From assembly GCA_902602515.1 (NCBI GenBank), contig CACKRG010000004.1:2405-66404 (forward strand): DNA of 64,000 nt. Reading direction: 5' to 3'. Shown piece by piece: positions 23,275-32,711 of the stretch (its first letter is position 1; the number at the start of each line of letters is the position of its first letter). Source of the stretch: an uncultured Alphaproteobacteria bacterium. Its GTDB lineage: Bacteria; Pseudomonadota; Alphaproteobacteria; HIMB59; GCA-002718135. The notes below the pieces were generated by a model that was given only the letters and a program-made list of their open reading frames with translations, ran no database searches and had not been told where the DNA came from. The position numbers were made by a program, and so were the translations under genes.

Positions 23275-24273
23275 ATGTTTTCAATTAATATGAAACTAAT
23301 TCCTGAATGGTATGATCACCAATATTGTCTTATTGCTTGGCCATGCAATAAAGACCTTTATGGTAAAGTAATTAATAAAGCGAGAGATGAAGTTGTCAAT
23401 GTTATTAACGAAATTGTAAAAACTGAACATGTAATTGTTTTATCAAACAAAGAAGACATAAATGAAATTCAAAATAAAACTGATAATAAAAATATTGATA
23501 TTGTAGAATGTAAATTAGATGATTCTTGGATGCGAGATATAGCACCAATATTTTATTATGAAGATGAAAAATTAAAATCAATCAGTTTTGAATTTAATGG
23601 TTATGGAAAGTATCCAGATTATTTTAATGATAATAAAATATCAAAATTTATTTCTAACTATTTAAATATTCCAACAAAAATTTCTGACTTAGTCATTGAG
23701 GGTGGAGCTATCACTTATGATGATAAAAAAAATTTATTTAGTACCAAAAGTGTAATATTTAATAAAAATAGAAAACAAAAACATAGTAATGGATATATAA
23801 TTGAAGAATTAAAATTCTTGTTTGACTTAAATCATATTTTTTTGTTTGAAAATGGACTAAAAGATGACGATACTGATGGTCATGTAGATAATTTATTATG
23901 TCCTATTGGGAAAAATAAATATTTAATTGCTACAACTCACAAATCAGATCCTAATTATGAAAGATTAGAAAAAAACAAAGCTGATCTTATTAATTTTTTT
24001 AATGATACTTCTCAGACATTTGATTTAATTGAAATTCCTTTGCCTACAAGAAAGACAATTAATAATAAAAATATTATTAGCTCATATATAAATTTCTATT
24101 TTAGTAAAAATAAAATTATCTTACCTAAATTCAATGTTAAGGAAGACAACGAGGTTAAAATAATTTTTGAAAAATTATTCCCAAATCGAGAAATTATTAT
24201 GTTGCAAACTGAAAATATAAATTATGGTGGAGGAAATATTCATTGTATAACGATGAATGTTCCAAAAATATGA
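23275..24273 (+). CDS. aguA: Agmatine deiminase
   Basis: 332 aa. PEW, DSWMRDIAP, DGHVDN and the C-terminal GGGNIHCITMNVP catalytic-Cys block. The start may be the ATG at 23290 instead. Confidence 0.85.
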   Translation: MFSINMKLIPEWYDHQYCLIAWPCNKDLYGKVINKARDEVVNVINEIVKTEHVIVLSNKEDINEIQNKTDNKNIDIVECKLDDSWMRDIAPIFYYEDEKLKSISFEFNGYGKYPDYFNDNKISKFISNYLNIPTKISDLVIEGGAITYDDKKNLFSTKSVIFNKNRKQKHSNGYIIEELKFLFDLNHIFLFENGLKDDDTDGHVDNLLCPIGKNKYLIATTHKSDPNYERLEKNKADLINFFNDTSQTFDLIEIPLPTRKTINNKNIISSYINFYFSKNKIILPKFNVKEDNEVKIIFEKLFPNREIIMLQTENINYGGGNIHCITMNVPKI

Positions 24274-25127
24274 AAGTAAAAGTAGCAACATCACAATTTA
24301 AAGCTGTTAAGGGAGATTTTGATGCTAATTTAAATAAAGCAATTAGCTTAGTTGAAAAAGCTTCTAAGGAAAATGTTGATATATTGCTTTTGCAAGAATT
24401 GTTTCAAGATTATTATTTTTGTTCAACAAAAAATGATAAATTTTTTAATCTTGCAATTGATTATCCATCTAATCCAATGTTTGAAAAATTATCTAAAATC
24501 TGTAAAGAAAAAAAAATTTCATTACCAATTAGTTTTTTTCAAAAGAAAGAAAATAAGTTTTTTAATTCTTTAGTGATGATTGATTCTTTGGGTAAAATAA
24601 GTGACGTATATAATAAATCGCATATCCCTGAAGGACCTGGATATAATGAAAAGTATTATTTTGAAAAGGGCAATACAGGTTTTATGGTTTTTGATACACC
24701 GAATGCAAAAGTTGGCTGTGCAATATGTTGGGATCAGTGGTTCCCTGAATGTGCAAGAATATTAACCTTGCAGGGCGCAGATTTAATTTTATATCCATCA
24801 GCAATTGGTTCTGAACCACATATGCCTGAATTAAATTCAAAGGATCATTGGATTAATACAATGGTTGGACACGCTGCTGCAAATCAAATTCCCATAATCG
24901 CCTCGAATAGAATAGGGAAGGAGAGCGAGGCTAATATTGAATTAAATTTTTATGGTAATTCATTCATTTTGGATCATCTTGGCAATGTAATAAATCAGAT
25001 GAATGACAAAGATGAGGGCATAATAACTGCGACTTTAGATTTGTTAATTTCAAGAGAATATAGAAAATTATGGGGTAACTTTAGAGATAGAAGGCCTGAT
25101 CTATATAAAAAAATTCTCGATTTTTAA
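24270..25127 (+). CDS. aguB: N-carbamoylputrescine amidase (nitrilase superfamily)
   Basis: Trimmed to ATG 24270 (MKVKVATSQF), which forms an ATGA overlap with aguA. LLQELF (Glu), the NKSHIP Lys context and the CAICWDQWFPE catalytic Cys. Confidence 0.85.
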   Translation: MKVKVATSQFKAVKGDFDANLNKAISLVEKASKENVDILLLQELFQDYYFCSTKNDKFFNLAIDYPSNPMFEKLSKICKEKKISLPISFFQKKENKFFNSLVMIDSLGKISDVYNKSHIPEGPGYNEKYYFEKGNTGFMVFDTPNAKVGCAICWDQWFPECARILTLQGADLILYPSAIGSEPHMPELNSKDHWINTMVGHAAANQIPIIASNRIGKESEANIELNFYGNSFILDHLGNVINQMNDKDEGIITATLDLLISREYRKLWGNFRDRRPDLYKKILDF

Positions 25128-25167
25128 TTTATTTTATTTAATGTATTTTTTATTTAGGAGGGGAATA

Positions 25168-26214
25168 ATGCTTAAGTATTTTATATCTCTATTAGTTTTA
25201 ATTTCTTTTTCAGCTCAGGCTAAAGAAGAATTATTTATTTACAATTGGTCTGATTATATTGCTGAAGATACAATTGAAATTTTCGAAAATGAATTTGGCA
25301 TTGATGTAACTTATGATGTTTTCGATTCAAATGAAGTTCTTGAAGCTAAACTTTTAGCAGGTGGTTCTGGCTATGATATTGTTGTGCCTTCAGGTTCTTT
25401 TTTAGAAAACCAAATCAAAGCTGGAGTTTTTCAAAAACTTGACAAATCAGAATTATCAAATTTAGGAAACCTAGATCCTGAAGTTCTATCAAAGATAGAT
25501 GCACATGATCCAGGTGGTCAATATTCAGTAAACTACATGTATGGTACAACTGGTATTGGTTATAATACCGATAAGGTTGATGAGAATGAAGTTACTAGTT
25601 GGAGTGTTTTATTTGATCCAGCTATAGCTTCTAAATATGAAGATTGTGGTATAGCAATGTTAGATGCACCATCTGAAGTAATGGAAATTGCCTTAAAATA
25701 TGTAGGTAAAGATCCAAACACTGAAGATGAGAATGATTATAAGGCTGCTCTTTCTATGTTGCAGGAAATCAGACCTTTTATTAGGTACTTTGATTCTTCC
25801 CAATACATTGATGATCTAGCTAATGGTGAAATTTGTCTAGCTATGGGTTGGTCAGGTGATGTTTTTATAGCTGCTTACGAAGAAATAGAACCAGTTTGGT
25901 ATTCTATTCCTTCAGAAGGAACTGTAATTTGGTTTGATATGATGGCAATTCCAGCTGACGCAAAAAATGTTTTAAACGCACATAAGTTTATAAATTATAT
26001 TTTGCGACCTGAAGTTGCTGCAGATATAACTAACTATGTTTGGTATTCTAATCCAAACAAAGCAGCAAATGAGCTAGTTGATCCAGAAATTTTAGGAGAT
26101 CCAGCTATTTATCCAGACGAAGCAACTTTAAGTATGCTTTTTGCTGATACAGCTGACTCGCCTAAAAAAGCACAATTATCAACTAAATATTTTAATAAAT
26201 TTAAATCAAATTAA
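25168..26214 (+). CDS. potF: Putrescine/spermidine ABC transporter substrate-binding protein
   Basis: Trimmed to ATG 25168, which follows AGGAGG. Signal peptide MLKYFISLLVLISFSAQA. LFIYNWSDYI block of the PotD/PotF family. Gene order is SBP-ATPase-permease-permease, as in potFGHI. Confidence 0.85.
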   Translation: MLKYFISLLVLISFSAQAKEELFIYNWSDYIAEDTIEIFENEFGIDVTYDVFDSNEVLEAKLLAGGSGYDIVVPSGSFLENQIKAGVFQKLDKSELSNLGNLDPEVLSKIDAHDPGGQYSVNYMYGTTGIGYNTDKVDENEVTSWSVLFDPAIASKYEDCGIAMLDAPSEVMEIALKYVGKDPNTEDENDYKAALSMLQEIRPFIRYFDSSQYIDDLANGEICLAMGWSGDVFIAAYEEIEPVWYSIPSEGTVIWFDMMAIPADAKNVLNAHKFINYILRPEVAADITNYVWYSNPNKAANELVDPEILGDPAIYPDEATLSMLFADTADSPKKAQLSTKYFNKFKSN

Positions 26215-26230
26215 AAAATATACTTCATTT

Positions 26231-26262
26231 CAGCACTAATATATTAATATTAGTGCTGTTTT
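26231..26262 (+). terminator. Intra-operon hairpin (attenuator/terminator) between the SBP and ATPase genes
   Basis: CAGCACTAATAT-atta-ATATTAGTGCTG is a perfect 12-bp stem followed by TTTT. It lies 17 nt after the potF stop and ends 4 nt before the potG ATG. Confidence 0.5.
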
Positions 26263-26265
26263 AAG

Positions 26266-27333
26266 ATGGATAAAAATTTTCTTGTAATTGAAAATATTTC
26301 TAAAACATTTGGAGAAAACAAAGTTTTAGAAAATATTAATTTAGATATTTCAAAATCTGAATTCTTTGGACTCTTAGGATCTTCAGGCTCAGGTAAGACT
26401 ACCTTATTAAGAATATTAGGTGGTTTTGAAAAACCGGATACGGGACGAGTAATTCTTGATGGAGTCGATATAACAAATCTCGAACCTTTTGAAAGACCAT
26501 TGAATTACATGTTTCAATCATACGCTTTATTTCCTCACTTAAATGTTTTTAATAATTTAGCTTTTGGAATAAAAGAAAATTCCTCTCAAAAAGAAATTGA
26601 AAGAAATGTAAAAGATATTGCTAATCTTTTGTCGATTGAAAATTTATTAAATAGAAGAATTAAGCAACTTTCAGGTGGAGAGCAACAAAGAGTTGCCCTT
26701 GGAAGGTGCTTAATAAAAAAACCTAAATTATTATTATTAGATGAACCTCTTGCAGCACTAGATAAAAAACTAAGATCAAAAACACAATTAGAGTTAACAA
26801 CACTCCAAAAGAAACTGCAGATAACATTTGTTTTTGTTACACATGACCAAGAAGAGGCAATGTCATTGTCTGATAGGATGGCAATTATGAAGAATGGTAT
26901 TATTTTAGAATGTTCAAGTCCTGAAGAAATTTATGAAAATCCTAAAAGTCTTTATACTGCCAATTTTATAGGAATTGCTAATATAATTGAAATTTATAAG
27001 AAAGGTGAAAATTACTATTCTGATGATTTAGGTATAAATTTTAAATTAAATAAAGAACTTAAAAATATAAAAACTAATATTTTGCTAAGACCAGAGAAAA
27101 TAAAAATACAATCAATAAATAATTCTAAAATAAGTTCAATAAATTCTTTCAATGGAGAAATTTTAGAAAAATCATATTTAGGAAGTTTTACACGCTATGA
27201 AATCAAAATTAAGAATAAGATTATTTCAGTTTTAGATCAGAATTTTAACTCCAACTCAAATTATAATTTTCCAAAAGGTGAAAAAGTCATTTGCAGTTGG
27301 GAAAGTGAATCAATTAAAGTTTTAGAGGATTAA
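26266..27333 (+). CDS. potG: Polyamine ABC transporter ATPase
   Basis: 355 aa. GSSGSGKTT Walker A, LSGGEQQRVAL and LLLLDEPLAALD. Has a C-terminal TOBE-like extension. Confidence 0.9.
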   Translation: MDKNFLVIENISKTFGENKVLENINLDISKSEFFGLLGSSGSGKTTLLRILGGFEKPDTGRVILDGVDITNLEPFERPLNYMFQSYALFPHLNVFNNLAFGIKENSSQKEIERNVKDIANLLSIENLLNRRIKQLSGGEQQRVALGRCLIKKPKLLLLDEPLAALDKKLRSKTQLELTTLQKKLQITFVFVTHDQEEAMSLSDRMAIMKNGIILECSSPEEIYENPKSLYTANFIGIANIIEIYKKGENYYSDDLGINFKLNKELKNIKTNILLRPEKIKIQSINNSKISSINSFNGEILEKSYLGSFTRYEIKIKNKIISVLDQNFNSNSNYNFPKGEKVICSWESESIKVLED

Positions 27334-28221
27334 TTGAACAATAAATTATTTGAAAAATATTTTGTATTTAGTCCATACTTCTGGCTTGTTTTATTTTTTT
27401 TTATTCCATTAGCAATAATCTTTAAAATATCAATATCAGTATCTGAATGGGGTATGCCTCCTTATCAAGATATTTTTCTTTTTGATAATGGATTAAAGAT
27501 CAATACTACATTTGAAAACTATGTTTATATATTTAGTGATTATTATTATATTAGATCTTTTGTAAACTCTTTAATTTTAGCTCTAATATCTACTTTATTT
27601 TGTCTGATCATTGGTTTTCCATTAGCTTTTTATATTTCAACTTCAAATATTAGATTAAGAAATATCTTATTAGTTTTAGTAGTTATTCCTTTTTGGTCAT
27701 CATTTTTATTAAGAGTATATGCATGGAAAATAATTTTACAGAATAATGGAATTTTAAATTTAATACTTTTAAATCTTGGAATAACATCAGAACCACTTCA
27801 ATTATTATACAATCAATATGCAGTCATTATGGGGATTGTATATACCTATTTACCTTTGATGATTTTACCACTTTATGGATACTTAAATAAGTTTGATTTG
27901 AATTTAATTGATGTATCAAAAGATTTAGGACTAAATCGTTTTAAAACCTTTTTTAAAGTTATACTCCCTTTGTCTGTTCCAGGAATTGTTGCTGGATCTT
28001 TATTAGTTTTTATTCCAGTTGTTGGAGAATTTATTATACCTGAAATGTTAGGAGGTAGTGATAGATTGTATTATGGAAAAATTTTGTGGGAGGAATTCTT
28101 TGTTAATAGAAATTGGCCAGGCGCTAGTGCTTTAGCTTTTACTGGAATTATTATTTTGGTTTTACCAATTGTAATTTTTCAAATGCTTTATTCTCGTTGG
28201 AGTCAAAGAAATGAAATCTAG
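27334..28221 (+). CDS. potH: Polyamine ABC transporter permease
   Basis: 295 aa, TTG start directly after the potG stop. Multi-TM, with a DLGLNRFKTFFKVILPLS EAA-type loop. Confidence 0.85.
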   Translation: MNNKLFEKYFVFSPYFWLVLFFFIPLAIIFKISISVSEWGMPPYQDIFLFDNGLKINTTFENYVYIFSDYYYIRSFVNSLILALISTLFCLIIGFPLAFYISTSNIRLRNILLVLVVIPFWSSFLLRVYAWKIILQNNGILNLILLNLGITSEPLQLLYNQYAVIMGIVYTYLPLMILPLYGYLNKFDLNLIDVSKDLGLNRFKTFFKVILPLSVPGIVAGSLLVFIPVVGEFIIPEMLGGSDRLYYGKILWEEFFVNRNWPGASALAFTGIIILVLPIVIFQMLYSRWSQRNEI

Positions 28222-29005
28222 CATAATCAAAATCACTGTTATTTTTTTAGGTTTATTTTTTTTATATTTTCCAATCTTAGTTCTAATTTTTTATTCATTT
28301 AATGAAAATAAGAGAGTAATGGTTTGGAAAGGTTTTTCTATAAGATGGTACGCTGAATTATTTAAAAATGAACAAATAATAGAAGCATTTATTATTAGTA
28401 TGAAAATTGCAGCTTTATCTGCAACTTTGGCTACTATTTTAGGAGTTATGATAGGGTATTCACTAGTAAGAATAAGGAAGATACCATTTAAATCTTTCTA
28501 TATTTTTCTTTCTTCAACACCTTTGGTTTTGCCGGAATTAATTTTAGGCCTTTCAATGCTTCTTTTTTTTATAAGTTTAAATAATATAATTGGATTTCCA
28601 TCATCAAGAGGACAATTAACTATTTTTATATCGCATGTTACTTTTTGTATTGCTTTTGTCGCAATTATAATTCAAGCAAGATTAACTGACTTCAACAAAA
28701 ATATTGAAGAAGCTGCTATGGATCTTGGCTATAATTATACCAAGGTGCTCTACAAAATAACTTTACCGATAATTTTACCTTCTATCATTGCTGGTTGGTT
28801 ATTAGCTTTTACAATCTCTTTAGATGATCTAGTCGTTGCAAGTTTTACTACAGGACCTGGAGCAAATACACTTCCAATTGTAGTTTTTTCTAAAGTAAGA
28901 TTAGGATTGAGTCCTGAAGTAAATGCGTTATCGGCAATTTTAATGTTTGCTTTGATTATAATTGGTTTATTTTATTTTTATTTTAATAAAAAATTTAAAC
29001 ATTAA
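28211..29005 (+). CDS. potI: Polyamine ABC transporter permease
   Basis: 264 aa. Overlaps potH by 11 nt. AAMDLGYNYTKVLYKITLPI EAA loop. Confidence 0.85.
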   Translation: MKSSIIKITVIFLGLFFLYFPILVLIFYSFNENKRVMVWKGFSIRWYAELFKNEQIIEAFIISMKIAALSATLATILGVMIGYSLVRIRKIPFKSFYIFLSSTPLVLPELILGLSMLLFFISLNNIIGFPSSRGQLTIFISHVTFCIAFVAIIIQARLTDFNKNIEEAAMDLGYNYTKVLYKITLPIILPSIIAGWLLAFTISLDDLVVASFTTGPGANTLPIVVFSKVRLGLSPEVNALSAILMFALIIIGLFYFYFNKKFKH

Positions 29006-30362
29006 GTAATAAATATTCACGTTCCCAAGAACTTATTACTGATAGATATGCTTGGTATTCTACTCTTCTTATAGCAGCAATTGACCTAATAAATTTTTCA
29101 TTAAATATAGATTTTATATCTTCGTCATTTTCAAAAAGCATTAATGACTCATCTATGTTTTTTGGTAAATTAGAACTTTTATCTTTAAATGCACTATCTT
29201 TAGTCTCTGGACTTGGTTTTATATTATTTTTCATTCCTAAATATCCAGAAGCTAAATTAGCTGCAAAAACTAGATATGGATTAGTGTCTGATCCAGGAAT
29301 TCTATTTTCAATTCGCATATTTTTTTCCTCAATCGATGGAATTCTAAAACCACAACTTCTATTTCCTATTCCCCACTTTACATTTTTTGGAGTGCCCCAG
29401 GTTGCAAATAATCTCCTAAAAGAATTTATATTTGGGGCGTATATTGGCATTAATAATGGAGTATATTTTTCTAAACCACCAAGATAATTTTTCATTTTTT
29501 TTGAAATTTTTGATGATTTATTAAAAAAAATATTTTTATTTTTTTCATTATAAACTGACTGATGAATATGCATTGCGCTACCAGGCTGATTCTCCATAGG
29601 TTTTGCCATAAATGTGGCATGAAGTTTATGTTTCAAGGCTGATTGTCTAAGAGTTCGCTTAAATAAAAATACTTGATCTGCTAGATCTAAAGGATCACCA
29701 TGCTGGAAATTTATTTCCATTTGAGCTGAACCAGATTCATGATTAATTGTATCAATTTCAATATTTTGATCTTCACAATAATTATATACATCTTCAAAAA
29801 GATGATCGAATTCGTTTACAGCATCAATACCCAAGGCTTGTTTGCCTGTTTCTTGTCTACCTGATTGTCCAACTGGTACTTCTAGAGGATAATCTGAGTC
29901 AGCATTAGGTTTAACTAAGTAGAATTCTAATTCTGGAGAGACAATTGGAGTTAATTTTTCTTTTTTATAAAGTTTTAGAATATTTTTTAGAGCATTTCTG
30001 CTTGAATTTATAACCTCATCACCATTAAGATTTATTGCATCACATATAATTTGTGCAGTAGGATCTTCGTACCATGGTACTATTCTCATTGTATCAAAAT
30101 CTGGTTTTAAAATAACATCAATATCAGTTGGGTTATAAACACTTCTTGGTAAAGCACCTGCTGAGTCCTCAGTTGCATAATCCCCTGATATCGTTTGAAT
30201 AAACGTTGATTGTGGTAATCTATGACTTTCATCCTCTAGACCCTTCAGGAATTTATTAGTTGGCAAAATTTTACCTCTTGCAATACCTCCTAGATCTGGA
30301 ACTAAACATTCAACTTCTGTAATAGAATTTTCCTGAAACCAATTTTGAAATTTTTCAATCAT
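28995..30362 (-). CDS. puuA: Glutamine synthetase-family ligase, gamma-glutamylputrescine synthetase-like
   Basis: 455 aa. SPELEFYL, NHESGSAQMEINF, GSAMHIHQS and NRSCGFRIP GS-family blocks. The context (pot genes plus a PuuB-like oxidase) favours PuuA over GlnA. Confidence 0.7.
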   Translation of the reverse strand: MIEKFQNWFQENSITEVECLVPDLGGIARGKILPTNKFLKGLEDESHRLPQSTFIQTISGDYATEDSAGALPRSVYNPTDIDVILKPDFDTMRIVPWYEDPTAQIICDAINLNGDEVINSSRNALKNILKLYKKEKLTPIVSPELEFYLVKPNADSDYPLEVPVGQSGRQETGKQALGIDAVNEFDHLFEDVYNYCEDQNIEIDTINHESGSAQMEINFQHGDPLDLADQVFLFKRTLRQSALKHKLHATFMAKPMENQPGSAMHIHQSVYNEKNKNIFFNKSSKISKKMKNYLGGLEKYTPLLMPIYAPNINSFRRLFATWGTPKNVKWGIGNRSCGFRIPSIEEKNMRIENRIPGSDTNPYLVFAANLASGYLGMKNNIKPSPETKDSAFKDKSSNLPKNIDESLMLFENDEDIKSIFNEKFIRSIAAIRRVEYQAYLSVISSWEREYLLLNV

Positions 30363-30412
30363 ATTGAGAGTGTTTGTTTACTAATTATAATTAAACCATT
30401 ATTGATAAGTAG

Positions 30413-31735
30413 ATGATTACTACAAAAAAAAGGACTTTTAATCAACATGATAATGAAAAAGAAAGTTTTTATAAATTTTCTGCACCACTTTTTCCTAATC
30501 AAAATAAGTTAAATGAGAATATTTCAACGGACGTATGTATTATTGGAGGAGGGCTAACTGGAATTTCTTCTGCATTAAATTTATCTAATAATGGTTTATC
30601 TATAGCTATTCTTGAAGCAAATAAAGTCGGATCTGGGGCTTCTGGCAGGAATGGTGGTCAACTAGGTATTGGAATGAGAAAAGATCAATTTTTTTTAGAA
30701 AAAAAATTTGGTCTTGAAAAAGCAAAATTTTTTTGGAAAATTGGATTAGATGCTGTTTCAAATGTAGTAAATTTAATTGAAAAATACAAAATTGATTGTG
30801 CACTTAGACCAGGTGTTCTTCATGTAGGTAATACAAAAAAAGATTATAAATATTTTGAAGATGAAATTGAGCACATGCAAAAGAATTATAATTACAATAA
30901 CTATGAATACTTTGATCACACTTCAATAAGAGATGAAGTTAATAGTGATCGATATTTTTCAGGAATGCTTTTAAAGGATTCTTATCATTTAAACCCATTA
31001 AAATTAGTATATGGATTGGCAAAACAGTGCTTAGCTAAAGGTATAAAAATATATGAAAATTCTCCTGCAGATAAAATTATAGATAATCAAAAAGAAGTAA
31101 TAATACATTCTGGAAAAAATATAATTAAAGCAAAAAAAGTGATTATTGGTTGCAATGGTTATCTTGACAATCTTTTAGGATCAAAAAGAAATTATTTCAT
31201 GCCTATAAATAATTATATTATTGCAACAGAACCATTAGGAAAAGGTTTAGCAAAAAAATTAATTAAAAGAAATTGTGGAGTAATAGACTCTAGATTTATG
31301 ATTGATTATTACAGATTTTCAGAGGATTATAGACTTTTGTTTGGAGGTCCTGAAACAATTACTTCTCATTTTGTAAAAGATGCTAGAAGTTTTGTCTCTA
31401 AACGGATGTATAAAGTTTTCCCTGAATTAAAAAAATTCAAAATCGAATTTTCTTGGGGAGGAACACTAGCAATATCAATTAATAGATTGCCTATTTTTGG
31501 AACTAGCATGAATCAAAAGTTATATTATGCCCACGCTTACTCTGGTCACGGATTAGCTTTGAGTACTATGGGTGGAAAAATGATAGCTGAAAAAATACTT
31601 AATAGATCAAATAAATTTGACATATTTGAGCAAATTAATCATTTAAAAATTCCGGGGGGAAATATTTTTAGAAGACCTTTGTATTCCTCAGCTATTATCT
31701 ATTATAGGTTAATGGATTATTTAAATAGATTGTAG
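30413..31735 (+). CDS. puuB: FAD-dependent oxidoreductase (DAO family), gamma-glutamylputrescine oxidase-like
   Basis: 440 aa. DVCIIGGGLTGISSALNL...LEANKVGSGASGRNGGQ is typical of PuuB/DAO enzymes. Confidence 0.7.
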   Translation: MITTKKRTFNQHDNEKESFYKFSAPLFPNQNKLNENISTDVCIIGGGLTGISSALNLSNNGLSIAILEANKVGSGASGRNGGQLGIGMRKDQFFLEKKFGLEKAKFFWKIGLDAVSNVVNLIEKYKIDCALRPGVLHVGNTKKDYKYFEDEIEHMQKNYNYNNYEYFDHTSIRDEVNSDRYFSGMLLKDSYHLNPLKLVYGLAKQCLAKGIKIYENSPADKIIDNQKEVIIHSGKNIIKAKKVIIGCNGYLDNLLGSKRNYFMPINNYIIATEPLGKGLAKKLIKRNCGVIDSRFMIDYYRFSEDYRLLFGGPETITSHFVKDARSFVSKRMYKVFPELKKFKIEFSWGGTLAISINRLPIFGTSMNQKLYYAHAYSGHGLALSTMGGKMIAEKILNRSNKFDIFEQINHLKIPGGNIFRRPLYSSAIIYYRLMDYLNRL

Positions 31736-31736
31736 T

Positions 31737-32654
31737 TTATTTAATTGCTCTTTTTAATCTGTCATTTATAGTTTTGCCTAACCCTTTATTTGGTATTTCT
31801 ACTACGGCAATTTTTTTGCATTTACTTTGATCTAATTTATGTAGAAAATGATAAAAATTTTTTGCTGCTTCATTTAAGTTTTTTTTATTACTCAAATTTA
31901 AATTAAATATTTTAGATTGTAATTTGTTAGTACCAAAATTTAACAAACCTTCACCCTTAAGTATTTTCTTTGCATTCATTCTTATTGGCTTTAAGGTTGA
32001 ATAGTGTTTTTTTAAATTGCCGGGTGAAATAGAGGATTTCTCTTTTATTTTTACTTTTGCAAATTTATTTAATTCTTCAACAGTAATACTCCCGTATCTT
32101 AAAACTTCAATTTTATTTCTATTATTAATTTTTACAACTGTTGACTCAAGACCATAAGAAGATTGTCGATCTTTTAAAACAAATATCTTTTTTTCTAAAA
32201 TAGGATCAATATCCTTAATATTTGTTACTGAAGTTCTTTTTGAAAGATTAGCACTAGGAGCAGCTATAGGTAAATCAAATGAAGTAATTAATTTATTTGC
32301 TAATTTATTACTTGGAATTCTACAACCAACTAAATTTGAGTTATTTGAAACTAATTTTGATATTTTAGAATTCTTCTTCTTCTTTAATATTATTGTTAGA
32401 GGTCCAGGCCAAAATTTTGAACCTAATTTTTTTTCAAATTTATTTAAAGAGAAATATTTTTCTATTTGATTAATATTTTTAAAGTGGCAGATAATTGGGT
32501 TATTTTTTGGTCTTTTTTTTACTCTAAAAATAGATTTTACAGCTTTATCATTTGTTGCATCTGCACCTAGACCAAATACTGTTTCTGTGGGAAATATTAC
32601 AAGTTCTCCACTAGTTAATAATTTTTTTGCAAAATCTATCTTATTTTTTTTCAT
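31737..32654 (-). CDS. tsaC: L-threonylcarbamoyladenylate synthase (Sua5/YwlC-type, with C-terminal Sua5 domain)
   Basis: 305 aa. GELVIFPTETVFGLGADA, KKRPKNNPII and APSANLS motifs. Confidence 0.85.
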   Translation of the reverse strand: MKKNKIDFAKKLLTSGELVIFPTETVFGLGADATNDKAVKSIFRVKKRPKNNPIICHFKNINQIEKYFSLNKFEKKLGSKFWPGPLTIILKKKKNSKISKLVSNNSNLVGCRIPSNKLANKLITSFDLPIAAPSANLSKRTSVTNIKDIDPILEKKIFVLKDRQSSYGLESTVVKINNRNKIEVLRYGSITVEELNKFAKVKIKEKSSISPGNLKKHYSTLKPIRMNAKKILKGEGLLNFGTNKLQSKIFNLNLSNKKNLNEAAKNFYHFLHKLDQSKCKKIAVVEIPNKGLGKTINDRLKRAIK

Positions 32655-32711
32655 ATTTTTTTATAAAATGTTTCCATCTACCTTTAAAATAGTTATTATC
32701 AATAGTTCTAT

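Noticed and set aside
28995-30362. Calling the glutamine-synthetase-family gene glnA, or the methylamine enzyme GmaS.
   Set aside because: Its size, its N-terminus and above all its context (overlapping potI and divergent from a PuuB-like FAD oxidase) fit a gamma-glutamyl-polyamine synthetase better. No mgs/mgd or glnB neighbours are present. The call remains a family-level inference.
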